Shown: in pieces, positions 47,154 to 58,900 of the stretch
Numbering within the stretch: the first letter of the stretch is position 1
Layout: the number at the start of each line of letters is the position of its first letter
Virus record (IMG/VR): IMGVR_UViG_3300034106_002919
Source of the DNA: an uncultured virus (IMG/VR IMGVR_UViG_3300034106_002919)
Taxonomy: Duplodnaviria > Heunggongvirae > Uroviricota > Caudoviricetes
Strand: one strand, 5' to 3'
DNA length: 64,000 nucleotides
Program-made: the position numbers and the translations under genes
The notes under the pieces: generated by a model
Database searches by the model: none
What the model was told of the DNA's origin: nothing
Seen by the model: only the letters and a program-made list of their open reading frames with translations

Positions 47154-48772
47154 TGGGCGATAGGCTTACTGGTAATACAATTAAAGGTGATGGTGAGAAC
47201 AAGATTGTCTTCTTTAAAGGAGGCGGTCACAACCATGATGGAACCTCTTCTACATTAATTGACTCTAGCAAATATTCAGTATTTGATTTTAACTTTTCCC
47301 TTACAGGAACAGATCCAACAAGAGTAAGAAAACAAGCAAAAAATAAAAGTCAAGTTGAAAATTTTATTTTAGATACAGTTAATAAGGCATCGCTCAAACC
47401 AGAAAGTATAAGGCTTCAGCCATACTCTGTAACTTCTGACTTATTATCAGCGGACTTTATTCTTGTAGATCAAACCATATCAAGCAATGGTTACATTGCT
47501 AATTCTAATGGTTGGGCTATTTTTGCAAACGGATATGCAGAATTTGCAAATGTTTTAGTAAGAGGAAATATTCAAGCGACTACTGGAAGCATTGGTGGAT
47601 GGCAGATAACTTCAAATACAATCCAATCAACAGACGCTACAGTAAAATTTATCTCTGATGCCTCCACTCTTGACGGTAATGTTTTAGTTTTTCAAGATAA
47701 TGCATCAAGCCCAAGCAATTATATTACAATTTCAAGAAGTTCTATTAATGTTAGAGGCAATGGTATATCAACACAATATGGAACAACAATTGAACCAACA
47801 TCACTTACAGTTACAGATAGTAATGATAAAACAACTGTTATTAGTGGTGGAAATGTTAGCATTGAAAATCAGCTTCAAGTTGCAAATTTGGCTTCTGGAA
47901 GTAATGCTTATTTATATGGTAATGGAGTTATGCAACTAAGTGATGGTGCAATTTTAACTTTATATCCAAATGCTTATATAAATTCTAATAGTGAGCTCCT
48001 ACTAAGTGCTACTGGTGATTATACAAGAATATTTGGAGGTTCAACACTTCCAGCATCTTTAACCGCAAATACAGGAATACTTATAGTTGGAAGCCCAACA
48101 GGTGCTCATGTTGCTTTTGATGCAAATGAAATTCAAGCAAAAGCTAATGGAACAGCTGGTGCTAATCTTACTCTTAACAAAGCTGGTGGAGATGTAGAAC
48201 TTTCAAACGGTGTTCTGACAACTGTTAGAGCATTTAACTCCATTATAGTAGGTGCAGCAATCACGATGAGTGGTGCTATTTCTGGAGTTGCAAGTTTAAC
48301 GACAAACGCAAACACGGCTCCTTGGGTTCTTCAAAATTCTGACGGAACCGATATGATGCTAATTTCTCAAAACCTCGGTGTGTATAGCCAGTCATTAACT
48401 GGTGGTAGAAATATGATGGTTATATCCAACAATCTAATCGGATACAACAGTGCTTCATCAATTAGATTTAAAGAAGATATTAGCGAATATAGTTTCAATA
48501 CAGAAGGTCTTTTATCAATAAAACCAGTTAGATTCAAATATAAAGAGGGATTCTCTATTTATGATGGTGATGAAAGGCCTTGGTCATATGGTTTTATTGC
48601 GGAAGATGTAGAGTCTGCTGGGGTTACAGAAATCTTACAGTATGACTCAGAAGGTAAGCCAGACTATATTGCTTATGACATGCTTCCTGTTCTCCACCAT
48701 CAAATTCTAAGAACTTTTGATGAAAAGATAAAAAGTCTAGAAAATAGACTAAAAGCCTTAGAAGAGGTATAA
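47153..48772 (+). CDS. tail fibre/spike with C-terminal S74-like chaperone
   Basis: start at TAATG overlap (MGDRL); GGHNHDG; SSIRFKEDI...GFIAEDV. Confidence 0.82.
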   Translation: MGDRLTGNTIKGDGENKIVFFKGGGHNHDGTSSTLIDSSKYSVFDFNFSLTGTDPTRVRKQAKNKSQVENFILDTVNKASLKPESIRLQPYSVTSDLLSADFILVDQTISSNGYIANSNGWAIFANGYAEFANVLVRGNIQATTGSIGGWQITSNTIQSTDATVKFISDASTLDGNVLVFQDNASSPSNYITISRSSINVRGNGISTQYGTTIEPTSLTVTDSNDKTTVISGGNVSIENQLQVANLASGSNAYLYGNGVMQLSDGAILTLYPNAYINSNSELLLSATGDYTRIFGGSTLPASLTANTGILIVGSPTGAHVAFDANEIQAKANGTAGANLTLNKAGGDVELSNGVLTTVRAFNSIIVGAAITMSGAISGVASLTTNANTAPWVLQNSDGTDMMLISQNLGVYSQSLTGGRNMMVISNNLIGYNSASSIRFKEDISEYSFNTEGLLSIKPVRFKYKEGFSIYDGDERPWSYGFIAEDVESAGVTEILQYDSEGKPDYIAYDMLPVLHHQILRTFDEKIKSLENRLKALEEV

Positions 48773-48785
48773 TTAAAGAGGTATT

Positions 48786-49451
48786 ATGGCTTACGAAAAC
48801 TATTCATTTGTATCTTGGACAGACGGAACACCGCTTTCAAGTGACAGGCTTGCTCAAATGTCAACAAATATTGAGCAGGTTAAAACTGCCAATGATGACA
48901 AAGCAATTGGAGTACTAGCCTTAAAAAATGTTACTACTAGTACAGCAAATTCAAACACATATGGTAGCGAAGTTGAAATTATTGGACTAAAAGATGAGAG
49001 CGGTTCTGGTGGTGCAGATAATAGGGTTTCAATTGATCCAAGTAGATACTATAAAGTTGTTCTAAATTTCCCAGGTGTTTCAATTTATGGTGCTGGTGGT
49101 GAAGATGGTAGATTTATTCTCAGACTATATAATGGTATATCTGGATCAGGCCCTACGGAGATTGCAGAGTATCAATTCAGTATGCCAATTCATAGTTTTA
49201 TCAATACTGCAAGTGCAGTTGCAAATGTTGCTAATCATACACTAAAAACAACACCAAGATCTACAAGAGTTGGTGCTGGAAAATATGAAATTGTTCTAAC
49301 ATCAGATGCTTCTGGTCTTACAAATCAATCATTTTATTGCTCTCTAGAAAGAGCTGCTGGTGTAAGTTCTAACAACCCTTCTTCATATCAAGTGATCGCT
49401 TCTGTTTCAAATATGCAACTTTATGTTGAAGATGCTGGCGGAACTGTCTGA
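48786..49451 (+). CDS. minor tail/virion protein
   Basis: SWTDGTPLSSDRLAQMSTN N-terminus; end of tail module. Confidence 0.7.
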   Translation: MAYENYSFVSWTDGTPLSSDRLAQMSTNIEQVKTANDDKAIGVLALKNVTTSTANSNTYGSEVEIIGLKDESGSGGADNRVSIDPSRYYKVVLNFPGVSIYGAGGEDGRFILRLYNGISGSGPTEIAEYQFSMPIHSFINTASAVANVANHTLKTTPRSTRVGAGKYEIVLTSDASGLTNQSFYCSLERAAGVSSNNPSSYQVIASVSNMQLYVEDAGGTV

Positions 49452-49457
49452 TAGACT

Positions 49458-49907
49458 ATGCCAAAAGAACTTGCATCAAAACGCAAGGATATTTCTTGGA
49501 AAGAAAAAACAAATGTTGGAGAAATGGCTTCTAATTATTCTGGAGGCAAATACATTGACGACAAAGGATATGTAAGAGTCCTAAATCCAGAGCATCCGCG
49601 CAATATTAAAGGGTATGTTTACGAACATAGACTTTTAATGGAAAAATACTTAGGTCGCCTATTACAGCCTTGGGAAACCGTTCATCATATTAATGAGATC
49701 AAAGTTGATAATAGAATTGAAAACCTCTTCCTCTGTACAGTAAGCGAACATAGCGCAATCCATAAAGAAGGTCGTAAAGGATCTATTGAAGAACGAGACA
49801 GGATGCGTAAGATGGCTAAAAATGTTAAGCCTCATACCATGAAAAGAGGTCATACAAAAAAAAGTCTTAAGGAAAGAAATTTTCCAAAAATTGACAAAAA
49901 TCCCTAG
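49458..49907 (+). CDS. HNH endonuclease
   Basis: YEHRLLME..LGR.L...E.VHHINE.K.DNRIENL. Confidence 0.92.
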   Translation: MPKELASKRKDISWKEKTNVGEMASNYSGGKYIDDKGYVRVLNPEHPRNIKGYVYEHRLLMEKYLGRLLQPWETVHHINEIKVDNRIENLFLCTVSEHSAIHKEGRKGSIEERDRMRKMAKNVKPHTMKRGHTKKSLKERNFPKIDKNP

Positions 49908-49949
49908 GACTGGGTGTATCATAGGAAAACCCCAACTCAAGGAGATTGA

Positions 49950-51116
49950 ATGAAGAAATGTGGAGCAGAAGGCTGTGACATTGAGTTTGAGCCTAATACT
50001 GCTAATCAGAAGTATGCTGATGCAAGTTGTAGGAAATCTATAGATTCCCTAGGCCTGTGTAAGTACAGAAAAGAAAATGGAATTGTAAGTATTCCAGTTA
50101 GTAATGAAGAAGAAGTTCCATCAACAGATGTAGAACTAAGAATTGCCTATACAAAGCTTCTTCAAGAATATGATAAGGTTAAAGGCAAACAAGATGCACT
50201 AGCAGACGCTGTATATCGTGCTGTAAAGGATGAGATTGGATTCTATAAAGAGTCACCGATTGAACCACCAGTACATGATGCTAGAACAACTGGAGAAGAA
50301 ATAGCGGTTGCAGTTCTCGCTGACTGGCAGTTGGCTAAAGTTACTCCAGACTATAACTCATCTGTATGTGAAGATAGGATCTCTATCTTTGCAGAAAAGA
50401 TTTGTCATCTTACAGACATTCAAAGACAAGACCATCCAGTTAAAGAATTGCATATTTGGGCATTGGGAGACATTATTGAGGGAGAACTAATTTTCCCTGG
50501 TCAATCTTTTTTGATTGATGGAGGTCTTTATCGTCAGATTACAATTGATGGTCCAAGAATTATGCGTAACTTCATCAAGAGAATGCTTGAGCATTTTGAG
50601 AAAGTTGTATTTGTAGGTGTCATTGGTAATCATGGTGCTCTTGGCGGTAGGTCAAGAAGAGATCACGATCCAGAAACTAATGGTGATAGAATGCTTTATC
50701 GCATCGTTCAACTTATGTTTGAAGATGAGAAAAGAATTGAATTCCATATTCCAGACGGTAAAGGCGAAAGGCACTGGTATGCAATTGACAGAATTGGTAA
50801 CTACAGCAGTTTGCTTTGTCATGGAGATCAGTTCAGCAGTCTTTCAACAATGTATAGTTTCCAGAAGAAAGTTTATGGCTGGAAGATTGGTGCTTTAGGT
50901 GAAGACTTTGATGATGTTTACATTGGTCATTTCCATACTCCTACAAAGATGACCTTCAATACAATTCAGATGAGAATCTCTGGTAGCCCAGAGTCAACTA
51001 ATACATATGCTTCTGAAAGTCTTGCTGCTATTGGAAGACCATCACAACCGTTAATGTTTGTTCATCCAGAGAAAGGTATTGTAACAGCAGAATACAACTG
51101 CTGGCTAGACAAATGA
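49950..51116 (+). CDS. calcineurin-like metallophosphoesterase
   Basis: D.Q, GDIIEG, GNHG, HGD and GHFH motifs. Confidence 0.85.
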   Translation: MKKCGAEGCDIEFEPNTANQKYADASCRKSIDSLGLCKYRKENGIVSIPVSNEEEVPSTDVELRIAYTKLLQEYDKVKGKQDALADAVYRAVKDEIGFYKESPIEPPVHDARTTGEEIAVAVLADWQLAKVTPDYNSSVCEDRISIFAEKICHLTDIQRQDHPVKELHIWALGDIIEGELIFPGQSFLIDGGLYRQITIDGPRIMRNFIKRMLEHFEKVVFVGVIGNHGALGGRSRRDHDPETNGDRMLYRIVQLMFEDEKRIEFHIPDGKGERHWYAIDRIGNYSSLLCHGDQFSSLSTMYSFQKKVYGWKIGALGEDFDDVYIGHFHTPTKMTFNTIQMRISGSPESTNTYASESLAAIGRPSQPLMFVHPEKGIVTAEYNCWLDK

Positions 51117-51298
51117 GAACTCTGAGATGTAAAAAATGCAAAGGCATTAAATACATTGGAGAAGAGTATGTAGCATTTGGCACTAAATATGTAGATGTTA
51201 CATGCATGAAATGCGGACATTCTAAAGATATTGATGTAGAAAGTCTTAAAAAGTATCTCAAAGCTTTGGGATACAAAGGAGACAAGAGATATGTTTAG
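51113..51298 (+). CDS. small zinc-ribbon protein
   Basis: CKKC...CMKCG. Confidence 0.75.
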   Translation: MRTLRCKKCKGIKYIGEEYVAFGTKYVDVTCMKCGHSKDIDVESLKKYLKALGYKGDKRYV

Positions 51299-51737
51299 CA
51301 AGTCTCCAATAGCCAATAAGTTTTATAGGTATGCAAATACAATTGTAAAAATCAAGAAAGTTCAAAAAACAAAAAATAAAATTTTTGTTGAAGATCTTTC
51401 TAATGGCTCTTCTATTGTTATGCCATATGAACAGAGCGACCTTCTTTTGAGAAGAGTTTTTACTGTTGGTGAAGTAGCGAAAATAGTTGAAAGAAAATCA
51501 GATACGCTGAGAAAGTATGAAAGAAGAGGACTCATCCCAGAGTCTAAGAAATTTGGAGAACCATTTGGTTCGTACAAAAACTGGAGAATCTATGATGAAG
51601 ATGATGTATATTCTATTGTAGAATTCTTTTCAGACAGAACGGCTGGTAGACCTGTTAAGGAACATTCAGTCAAAACAAAAATAAACACATTAAATCAAAA
51701 AGTAAAAATTATGAACAGGAGTGCAAATGTCAGATAA
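51291..51737 (+). CDS. MerR-like HTH DNA-binding protein
   Basis: FTVGEVAKIVERKSDTLRKYERRGLIP...WRIY. Confidence 0.88.
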   Translation: MFSKSPIANKFYRYANTIVKIKKVQKTKNKIFVEDLSNGSSIVMPYEQSDLLLRRVFTVGEVAKIVERKSDTLRKYERRGLIPESKKFGEPFGSYKNWRIYDEDDVYSIVEFFSDRTAGRPVKEHSVKTKINTLNQKVKIMNRSANVR

Positions 51738-51921
51738 AGTAAAAGTATGGGCATCTATTGGAATTACTAAAAACTTGGGCAACTACGAGTCTTTGAGACT
51801 TGATGCTGGTGCAGAGTTATATGTTGATTCTGTTGATGAGAAAGAGGCTTGGCAAAAGCTTTGGGACTCAATTGATGCACAGATTGAAGCAAAACTTCAG
51901 GAAGTTGATCTAGGTAAGTAA
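51727..51921 (+). CDS. conserved small phage protein
   Basis: GITKNLGNYESLRLDAG motif. Confidence 0.75.
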   Translation: MSDKVKVWASIGITKNLGNYESLRLDAGAELYVDSVDEKEAWQKLWDSIDAQIEAKLQEVDLGK

Positions 51922-52205
51922 TGATTGACGACTCTAGAGCGTTGTGTCAAGGTGACGAAAAAAGCAGCGCTTGGTTTTCATATCAAATTGAAGATATTAA
52001 CTACGCTAAATCAGTTTGTGCTGAGTGTGAAGTTAAATTGCCATGTTTCTTTAATGCTTTAGAAAATGAGTTTATGGGCGTTAACGCTGGTATATCTGAA
52101 TTTGAATTTATGATGAAAACATGGAAGGAGGCAAAGACTAAAAATGAATCTAACTGGACAAGAAGTGATAAAGTACTTCAAAGAATCCTGCGAGAAGCAC
52201 TCTAA
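51921..52205 (+). CDS. WhiB-family transcription factor (divergent)
   Basis: ALC...AKSVCAECEVKLPC...AL; GVNAG in place of GVWGG. Confidence 0.78.
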   Translation: MIDDSRALCQGDEKSSAWFSYQIEDINYAKSVCAECEVKLPCFFNALENEFMGVNAGISEFEFMMKTWKEAKTKNESNWTRSDKVLQRILREAL

Positions 52206-52449
52206 GTTATTCATCCCAGATATTCCTAGGGAAGATGCTGTTGCAGAGAGTCTTGGAAAGTATTACAATTCAAAAGACCTTGAAAAAGCCATTGATTGGT
52301 ATGTAAATACAAATAAAGGACCATTCCTTGTATTTGACTTTGCTGTTCAATCAAGGGATATTATTGAAAAGGCAAAATATGAATCTGAAGCCGTTGATCG
52401 GTTTAAGCAAATTGTTGAGGAAACAAAAAGAAAGTTCCATACTGAATGA
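52144..52449 (+). CDS. hypothetical protein upstream of helicase
   Basis: 101 aa, overlapping neighbours. Confidence 0.7.
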   Translation: MNLTGQEVIKYFKESCEKHSKLFIPDIPREDAVAESLGKYYNSKDLEKAIDWYVNTNKGPFLVFDFAVQSRDIIEKAKYESEAVDRFKQIVEETKRKFHTE

Positions 52450-53663
52450 ACTATGAATCAAAACTAATTAATGCCATCGTTGACACAGGAGATTATGTAA
52501 CTGCTGTAAACGCTGGTTGTGAAAACTGTTTTATTGAATACAGAGACATTTGGAGTTTTATTAACTCTCATTACGAGAGTCATAAGAAAGTTCCATCTAA
52601 AGAAACAGTCAAACATCACTATCCAGACTTTGAGTTCTTTAATACTACAGAACCAATTGATTACTATATTGATGAGGCAAAAAGGGAATCTCTGTCATAT
52701 CAGACAAGACAGATTGTTGCAAAAGCACATAATGTTTTGACTGATAGTGGTCCAAAAGATGCTCTGACTTATTTGATGGAAAGTACATCAAAGCTTTATA
52801 AGTTCTCAAGTAGTCTTAAAGACACAGACCTGGTTGGAGAATGGAAAGATAGGCTTGATGACTTGAGAGAGAGATCTCTTAATCCAAATAAAGAATTTAT
52901 CGGTATTCCAAGTGGTATTTCTGTTATTGATAAAACATTTGGCGGTTGGCAACCAGGTGACTTTGTTGTACTGCTTGGCTGGACAGGTGTTGGTAAATCA
53001 TTTATTGCAAGACTGTTTGCGGTTAATGCTTGGAAGGCTGGCTATAGGCCAATGATCATTTCATTAGAAATGAATAAGCACCAAGAAGGTCAAAGACTTG
53101 ATACTTTGCTTAATAATGGTGAGGGGCATTTTACTAATACTGATCTTATCAAGGCAAATCCAAGCGTTGTTGGTACATACGAAACTTGGGGTGAAAAGAT
53201 GTTTGATGGCAAACAGCCAATCTATCTAATCACATCAGAAGGTCTTGAAACAGCCGACCAAAACATGGTTCAGGCAAAGATTGACCAGTACCATCCAGAC
53301 CTAGTTATTCTTGACTATCACGGTCTATTTGATGATGCTACAGGCGCTAGGAATGAAACTGAGAAGGCTAAGAACCTTTCTAAAGCCTTTAAGAGAATTG
53401 CGGTTAAGAATAATGTTCCTATCATTGACGTAGCAGCAGTAACTATGGCTGATGGTCACTCAGATAGACCACCAGAACTTGAAGAAGTTGCATGGAGTAA
53501 ACAGCTTGCGTATGATGCTGACTTAGTTCTTGCAATCCACAGAGAATTTAACTCTGATCTTTTTCAAGTAGTATCTAGAAAGGTTAGAAGAGCAACACAT
53601 TTTGGTTTCTATCTTAGATGGAACCTTGAGACAGGAAAATGGGCAGAAGAATGGGATCTGTAA
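52446..53663 (+). CDS. dnaB: replicative DNA helicase
   Basis: GWTGVGKS, SLEM, ILDY, QLAYDADLV motifs. Confidence 0.93.
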   Translation: MNYESKLINAIVDTGDYVTAVNAGCENCFIEYRDIWSFINSHYESHKKVPSKETVKHHYPDFEFFNTTEPIDYYIDEAKRESLSYQTRQIVAKAHNVLTDSGPKDALTYLMESTSKLYKFSSSLKDTDLVGEWKDRLDDLRERSLNPNKEFIGIPSGISVIDKTFGGWQPGDFVVLLGWTGVGKSFIARLFAVNAWKAGYRPMIISLEMNKHQEGQRLDTLLNNGEGHFTNTDLIKANPSVVGTYETWGEKMFDGKQPIYLITSEGLETADQNMVQAKIDQYHPDLVILDYHGLFDDATGARNETEKAKNLSKAFKRIAVKNNVPIIDVAAVTMADGHSDRPPELEEVAWSKQLAYDADLVLAIHREFNSDLFQVVSRKVRRATHFGFYLRWNLETGKWAEEWDL

Positions 53664-53836
53664 AAAAACGAGAAATTGCTGGTGTAGCCAGAGATATTGA
53701 AACTATTATTAGACTTAGACCTTGGATGGAAGATGAAGCAAGAAATATCCACGGTCAGTTTAGTAAGTCAAAATTAATCACAGACTATGATAGTGAGAAT
53801 GAACTCTTTAAATTCAAAATCATCCTTGAACCATAA
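53639..53836 (+). CDS. hypothetical protein
   Basis: 65 aa between helicase and primase. Confidence 0.6.
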   Translation: MGRRMGSVKKREIAGVARDIETIIRLRPWMEDEARNIHGQFSKSKLITDYDSENELFKFKIILEP

Positions 53837-54734
53837 TCTTAGACAAGAGATAGTAAAGTTATTTGAGAATCATAATATTCAGATTGTTAATGAATCTGGA
53901 GAAGAAATAACTACCTATTGTCTTTTTCACCAAAACACAAATAGCCCTGCTTTTTATATCAATATTAAAACAGGCCTATGGCAGTGCTTTAACCCATCTT
54001 GCAATAAAAAGGGTAACTTTAGACAACTGTACAGGCATGTAACAGGAAAGTCTTATGGCAAAGATATTGCTTTAGACCCAATTGCCTTAAAGTTGATGCT
54101 AGAAAAAGAACTTGGTGATGAAGACCATAAAGATGAATTACAAATAGAGCAAATTCAACTTGATTATGAAAATGGTGAAGATAAGAAATTACTTAATCAG
54201 TTTTTTGAAAGAGGTCTTTCTTATGAAACATTAGAATATTTTGAAGTTGGATATTCTAAAGTTAAAGATAGAATTGTGATTCCTGTAAGAGATCAGCAAT
54301 ATAAACTGGTTGGTTTTATTGGAAGAGCAGTATATGATTACCAAGAACCTCGTTATTTATACAACAAGGGGTTTAAGAGAGCGAATGTGCTATTCAATAT
54401 ACAGAATGCAAAGAAATACGATTCATGCATTATTGTTGAGGGTAGTACTGATGCAATGAAGGTTCATCAGTCAGGGTTCCCAAATGTTGTAGCAGCATTG
54501 GGTGCAAAAATGTCTGATAACCATTTCGCCATGCTCAGAAAATACTTTGATGAAATCATCATCTTTTCTGATAATGACGGAGCAGGTGACGAAATGGCAT
54601 CTGCTATAATTGTTGGGTGTCAAGGCAAAAGGATGTATAGAGCCAGCATTAGTGATGGTCTTAAAGATCCAGGCGAAATGACAGAACAACAAATTAAAGA
54701 AGCAATCACAAACAAAAAAACCACATACATTTAG
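53787..54734 (+). CDS. dnaG: DNA primase
   Basis: CLFH...CFNPSC zinc finger; VEG..D, DND.AG, KDPG TOPRIM motifs. Confidence 0.93.
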   Translation: MIVRMNSLNSKSSLNHNLRQEIVKLFENHNIQIVNESGEEITTYCLFHQNTNSPAFYINIKTGLWQCFNPSCNKKGNFRQLYRHVTGKSYGKDIALDPIALKLMLEKELGDEDHKDELQIEQIQLDYENGEDKKLLNQFFERGLSYETLEYFEVGYSKVKDRIVIPVRDQQYKLVGFIGRAVYDYQEPRYLYNKGFKRANVLFNIQNAKKYDSCIIVEGSTDAMKVHQSGFPNVVAALGAKMSDNHFAMLRKYFDEIIIFSDNDGAGDEMASAIIVGCQGKRMYRASISDGLKDPGEMTEQQIKEAITNKKTTYI

Positions 54735-54747
54735 GAGGTAGGTAGGA

Positions 54748-55392
54748 ATGTTTAATTCAATTAAAACACTTAAAGATTTGGAATCAGCTACAGTTCCAAA
54801 GACAAATCAAGGTAGCGGAGTCAAGAAGTATTTTACTATTGGCTCTGGAGAATCTTACAAGATTCGTTTCCGTCAGGAACTTACAGAAGACGCTAAGTTT
54901 TATGACGAACAAGTAGGGGCAGGTATTACTGTTCCTGTTATCACATCACCAATTAACTGGAAATGGAAGACAGCATCTACAGCGAATTTGGCACAGTTTG
55001 ATTACCGCTGTTGGGGTAACGAACAGGCTGTCGTTGATAAGCGCTGGAAGCCAAAGCAACACTTGCTGATCAACATTGCTGTTGAGACTGAACCAGGAAA
55101 TTGGGAACCTCGTATCATTGATACGACATTTAATCAGCGTCATATTGGCCTTATTCTTATTGAATACGCCAAGGAATTCGGGACAATTACCGACAGATAC
55201 TATAAGTATTCTCGTACAGGAACAGGTGCTTCAGACACAAACTATAGCCTTATTCCTCTTGAAGTTGCTGAGATGCCAGAAGTAATTAAAAACCTTCCGC
55301 TTCATCAACTTGATAATATTTATACAACTCTTGATTACAGCAAGCAACAGCAGTTCTTGACTACTGGTGAAATTGCTAAAGACAGTTGGTAA
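54748..55392 (+). CDS. single-stranded DNA-binding protein (gp32-like)
   Basis: KIRFRQEL...SRTGTGASDTNYSLIP; in replication module; terminator follows. Confidence 0.7.
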   Translation: MFNSIKTLKDLESATVPKTNQGSGVKKYFTIGSGESYKIRFRQELTEDAKFYDEQVGAGITVPVITSPINWKWKTASTANLAQFDYRCWGNEQAVVDKRWKPKQHLLINIAVETEPGNWEPRIIDTTFNQRHIGLILIEYAKEFGTITDRYYKYSRTGTGASDTNYSLIPLEVAEMPEVIKNLPLHQLDNIYTTLDYSKQQQFLTTGEIAKDSW

Positions 55393-55405
55393 AGATTGGA
55401 GTGTG

Positions 55406-55432
55406 ATGGCAGGGGGTAAAACCCCTGCCATC
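55406..55432 (+). terminator. terminator-like hairpin
   Basis: gatggcagggg-gtaaaa-cccctgccatc. Confidence 0.65.
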
Positions 55433-55439
55433 TACTATT

Positions 55440-55952
55440 ATGAAAAACATTGTTTTAGACCTTGATGGCGTTATTGCTGATATCGCTTATGGGCTTAATA
55501 AAGTTCTGAAAGATAAGGTTGATTATTCTAAATGGTTGATTGAAGATAATTGCGATCAACAAGCTTTGGATATATTTGGTAATCCTTTGTTTTGGAAAAA
55601 TCTTAAACCATTTGAAGATGCTTGGCATCAAGTAAACTATTGGTTTAGTTGTAATTATGACGTTTATGTTGTAACTGCTAGAAGAACCGATGCCTCAATG
55701 AGCAATACAGAAACTTGGCTTGATTCTTGGCGTATCAGCACAATGCGACCAATATTTACCAATATTGGAGAAAAGCATACTGTTATTAAAGAACTCAATC
55801 CAGTATTTGTAGTTGAAGATAATCCGAATGAAATTGCGATTCTAGAGAATCACGGAATCAACTGCTACATGCGTAATGCATGGTATAATCAGGACAGAAA
55901 AAAAGAATTTAAGAATATTGACACACTTTACGAATTGAGAATAAATGACTGA
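55440..55952 (+). CDS. HAD-family 5'(3')-nucleotidase-like protein
   Basis: DLDGVIAD, VTAR and VEDN motifs. Confidence 0.85.
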   Translation: MKNIVLDLDGVIADIAYGLNKVLKDKVDYSKWLIEDNCDQQALDIFGNPLFWKNLKPFEDAWHQVNYWFSCNYDVYVVTARRTDASMSNTETWLDSWRISTMRPIFTNIGEKHTVIKELNPVFVVEDNPNEIAILENHGINCYMRNAWYNQDRKKEFKNIDTLYELRIND

Positions 55953-58900
55953 TTTTGTTCATCTTCATTGCCATAGTGAATACTCACTGCTTGATGGAAT
56001 GTCAACACCAACAGATATTGCAAGAATTGCTTCAACTAACGGACAATACGCTGCTGCTATTACAGATCATGGAACAATGGGAGGATTCTTAAAGTTTCAG
56101 AAAGCCTGTGAGTCTCATGCTGTTAAGCCTATCTTTGGTGTAGAAGCATATTTTGTTCCATCAGTGATTAGTGATGGTGAAGGTAAGCATGAGAGATTCC
56201 ATCTTATCCTTCTTGCTAAGAATGATGAGGGATTGAAGAAGTTGTTTAAAGCATCTCAAGTAGGATGGGCTAATAACTTTTATTATAAGCCAAGAATTGA
56301 TTTTGAACTACTTGAAGACTTAGTTGATAATGACATTGTTGCACTCTCTGGTTGTATGGGTAGTGCAATTTCTAAGGCAATCACGGCAGACAATTCTGCA
56401 AGAGCAGAGCAGTTGGCTGAAAGGTTTGTGTCTATTTTTGGAGATGACTTTTACTTTGAGACACAGGCATGGAACCCTAAGAAATTAAATGATGGACTTA
56501 TCTCTCTTGCTGAATCTTTTAATAAAAAAGTAGTAGCGACTGCTGATTGCCATTTCCCAACTTATCAAGACAGAGGAGCCGAAGAGGTTCTTCTTCTTGT
56601 TTCGCAGTACCCAAGTTTTAACGCTCCAGAATTGAGAAGAGCAAGAGATAACAATTCTGTCTGTCAAGATGGAAGTATTGATATTATTGACAAAATGAAT
56701 GCAATGTACCCAGATAGACATTTGCGTTTTGATGAAATCAATCCTTATATTGCACCTGCTTCTGACATTACTGAGTGGTTTAAGAAAGCTGGTTACGACA
56801 GAACAGATATTCTTGAGAATACGATTGAAGTTGCAGATAAATGTACGGCAAAGATGCCTACAAAAAGAAATCTTTTGCCAAAGTATTCTAAGTTTACTGA
56901 CTCAGCATCTTATCTAAAAGAGATTGCTGACTTTGCAATTAAACAAAGAGGCCTTGGTCAAGAGTATAAAGAACGTCTTGATGAAGAGATTAAAATCATT
57001 AATGATTTAGGTTTTGCAGACTACTTCTTGATTGTATGGGATCTTGTTCATTGGGCAGATGCCAATAATATTGGTCGTGGTACTGGTAGAGGATCTGTTG
57101 GTGGAAGTGTGCTTGCATTTCTTCTTGATATCTCAAAGGTTGACCCAGTTAAGTACAGCCTGTTGTTCTCAAGATTTATTAATCCAGAGAGAAACGACTA
57201 TCCAGACATTGACTTAGACTTTGAAGATAAGCGCAGACACGAAGTTAGAAACTATCTCAGAGAACGATGGGGTGAAGACAATGTAGCAGCAATTGCTACA
57301 TATGGAGAATTTAAGCCCAAGTCTGTTATTAAAGACGTATCTAGAGTGTATCAAGTTCCATTTGAAGAAATTAACAGCATTACACCATTCTTTGAAACAC
57401 TACAAGAACTAGAGTCATCACCTAGGGGTAAGTCGTTTATGACAAAGTATCCCGACATTATGAAGATCTCTAAGAAACTTGAAGGTCGTATTAGAAATAC
57501 AGGCGTTCATGCTGCTGGTATGGTTGTATCTTCTATACCATTAACAGAAGTATGTCCTGTTGAAACAAGGAAGGAAACAAACCAAGACGGTAGATTCCTT
57601 GTTACTGCTTTTGATATGGATGATGCAGAAGCAGTTGGTCTTATTAAGGTTGATATTCTTGGTCTTAAAACTGTTTCGGTTATTAAAGACTGCATTGCCA
57701 AGATTAAAGAACTTTATGGTGTTGATGTATCAGAAGTTTCACTACAACTTGACGATCCTAAAGTATACGATAATTTTAATAAAGGGAATACTGTTGGAGT
57801 ATTCCAAGCAGATGCTGCTGCTTATAGAAACCTAATTGACCGAATGGGTATTGATAACTTTAATGACCTTGTAGTTAGCAACGCACTAGTTCGCCCTGGT
57901 GCTCTTCTATCTCAGGGGCAAGATTATATCAACAGGAAGAAAGGCATTGATAATCCATCTTATGCACATCCTCTTGTGAAAGACATTCTTGAAGAGACAT
58001 ACGGAACTGTAATTTTTCAGGAACAACTTATGCAAATGGCAGTTATTCTTGCCGACTTCTCTTGGTCAGATGCTGATAAGCTTAGAAAAATTATTGGTAA
58101 GAAGCGAGATGCTAATGAGTTTGAACAATTTAAAGAGAAGTTTGTAAACAATCAATACTTAACAAGAAAGCAGTCTGAGAAGATTTGGGCAGACTTTGAA
58201 TTGTCGGCTCTATATATGTTTAATAAGTCTCACGCAGTTGCTTATTCAATGCTCTCGTATCAGACAATGTGGTTGAAGATTAATTATCCAGCAGAGTTTG
58301 TATGGTCGCTACTTTATAATGAAGAGGCTACGGACAAAATTACTGCTTATCTAATGGAAGCACAGAGGCTAGGGGTTAGTATCCTGCCTCCAGATGTAAA
58401 TCTTTCTGATGAGTATTTTACGATTGATAAAGGCAACGGAATTAGATTTGGTCTAAAAAATGTTGCTTCCTGTGGTAACTCTGCAATTAAAGAGATCTTA
58501 AATAAAAGACCTTTCTCTTCTTTTGATGAGTTTAATAACAAGTGTACAAAAACTGCTGTTAAGAGTAATCTTAGAGAAAATCTAGATAAGATTGGTGCAT
58601 TTGAATCTCTTGGTCATGTGTCGCAGTTTGACCATAAGAAATATTACTTACCAATTCTTGGCTTTGCTATTGACGATCTTGATTCAAATAATGAACTTGA
58701 TGAAATGGTAGGAAATATATCTGAGTTCCATGAAATCAATTCTGAGCTAACTTTGGTTAAGGCAATTGTTAGATCAACTAAGAAAACACCACAGTATCTT
58801 AGAGTAGAGTTTGAGGATAAATCAGGCTCTTGCACCTTGTTCGCTGATAGAAATGCAGAGATAGCCCAAAGAGACTATATGTATGCTCTTATTGGAGATA

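Noticed and set aside
31056..48772. Diversity-generating retroelement acting on fibre C-termini
   Set aside because: The two S74-like tails are only protein-level paralogs; no reverse transcriptase or adenine-specific TR/VR pair was seen.
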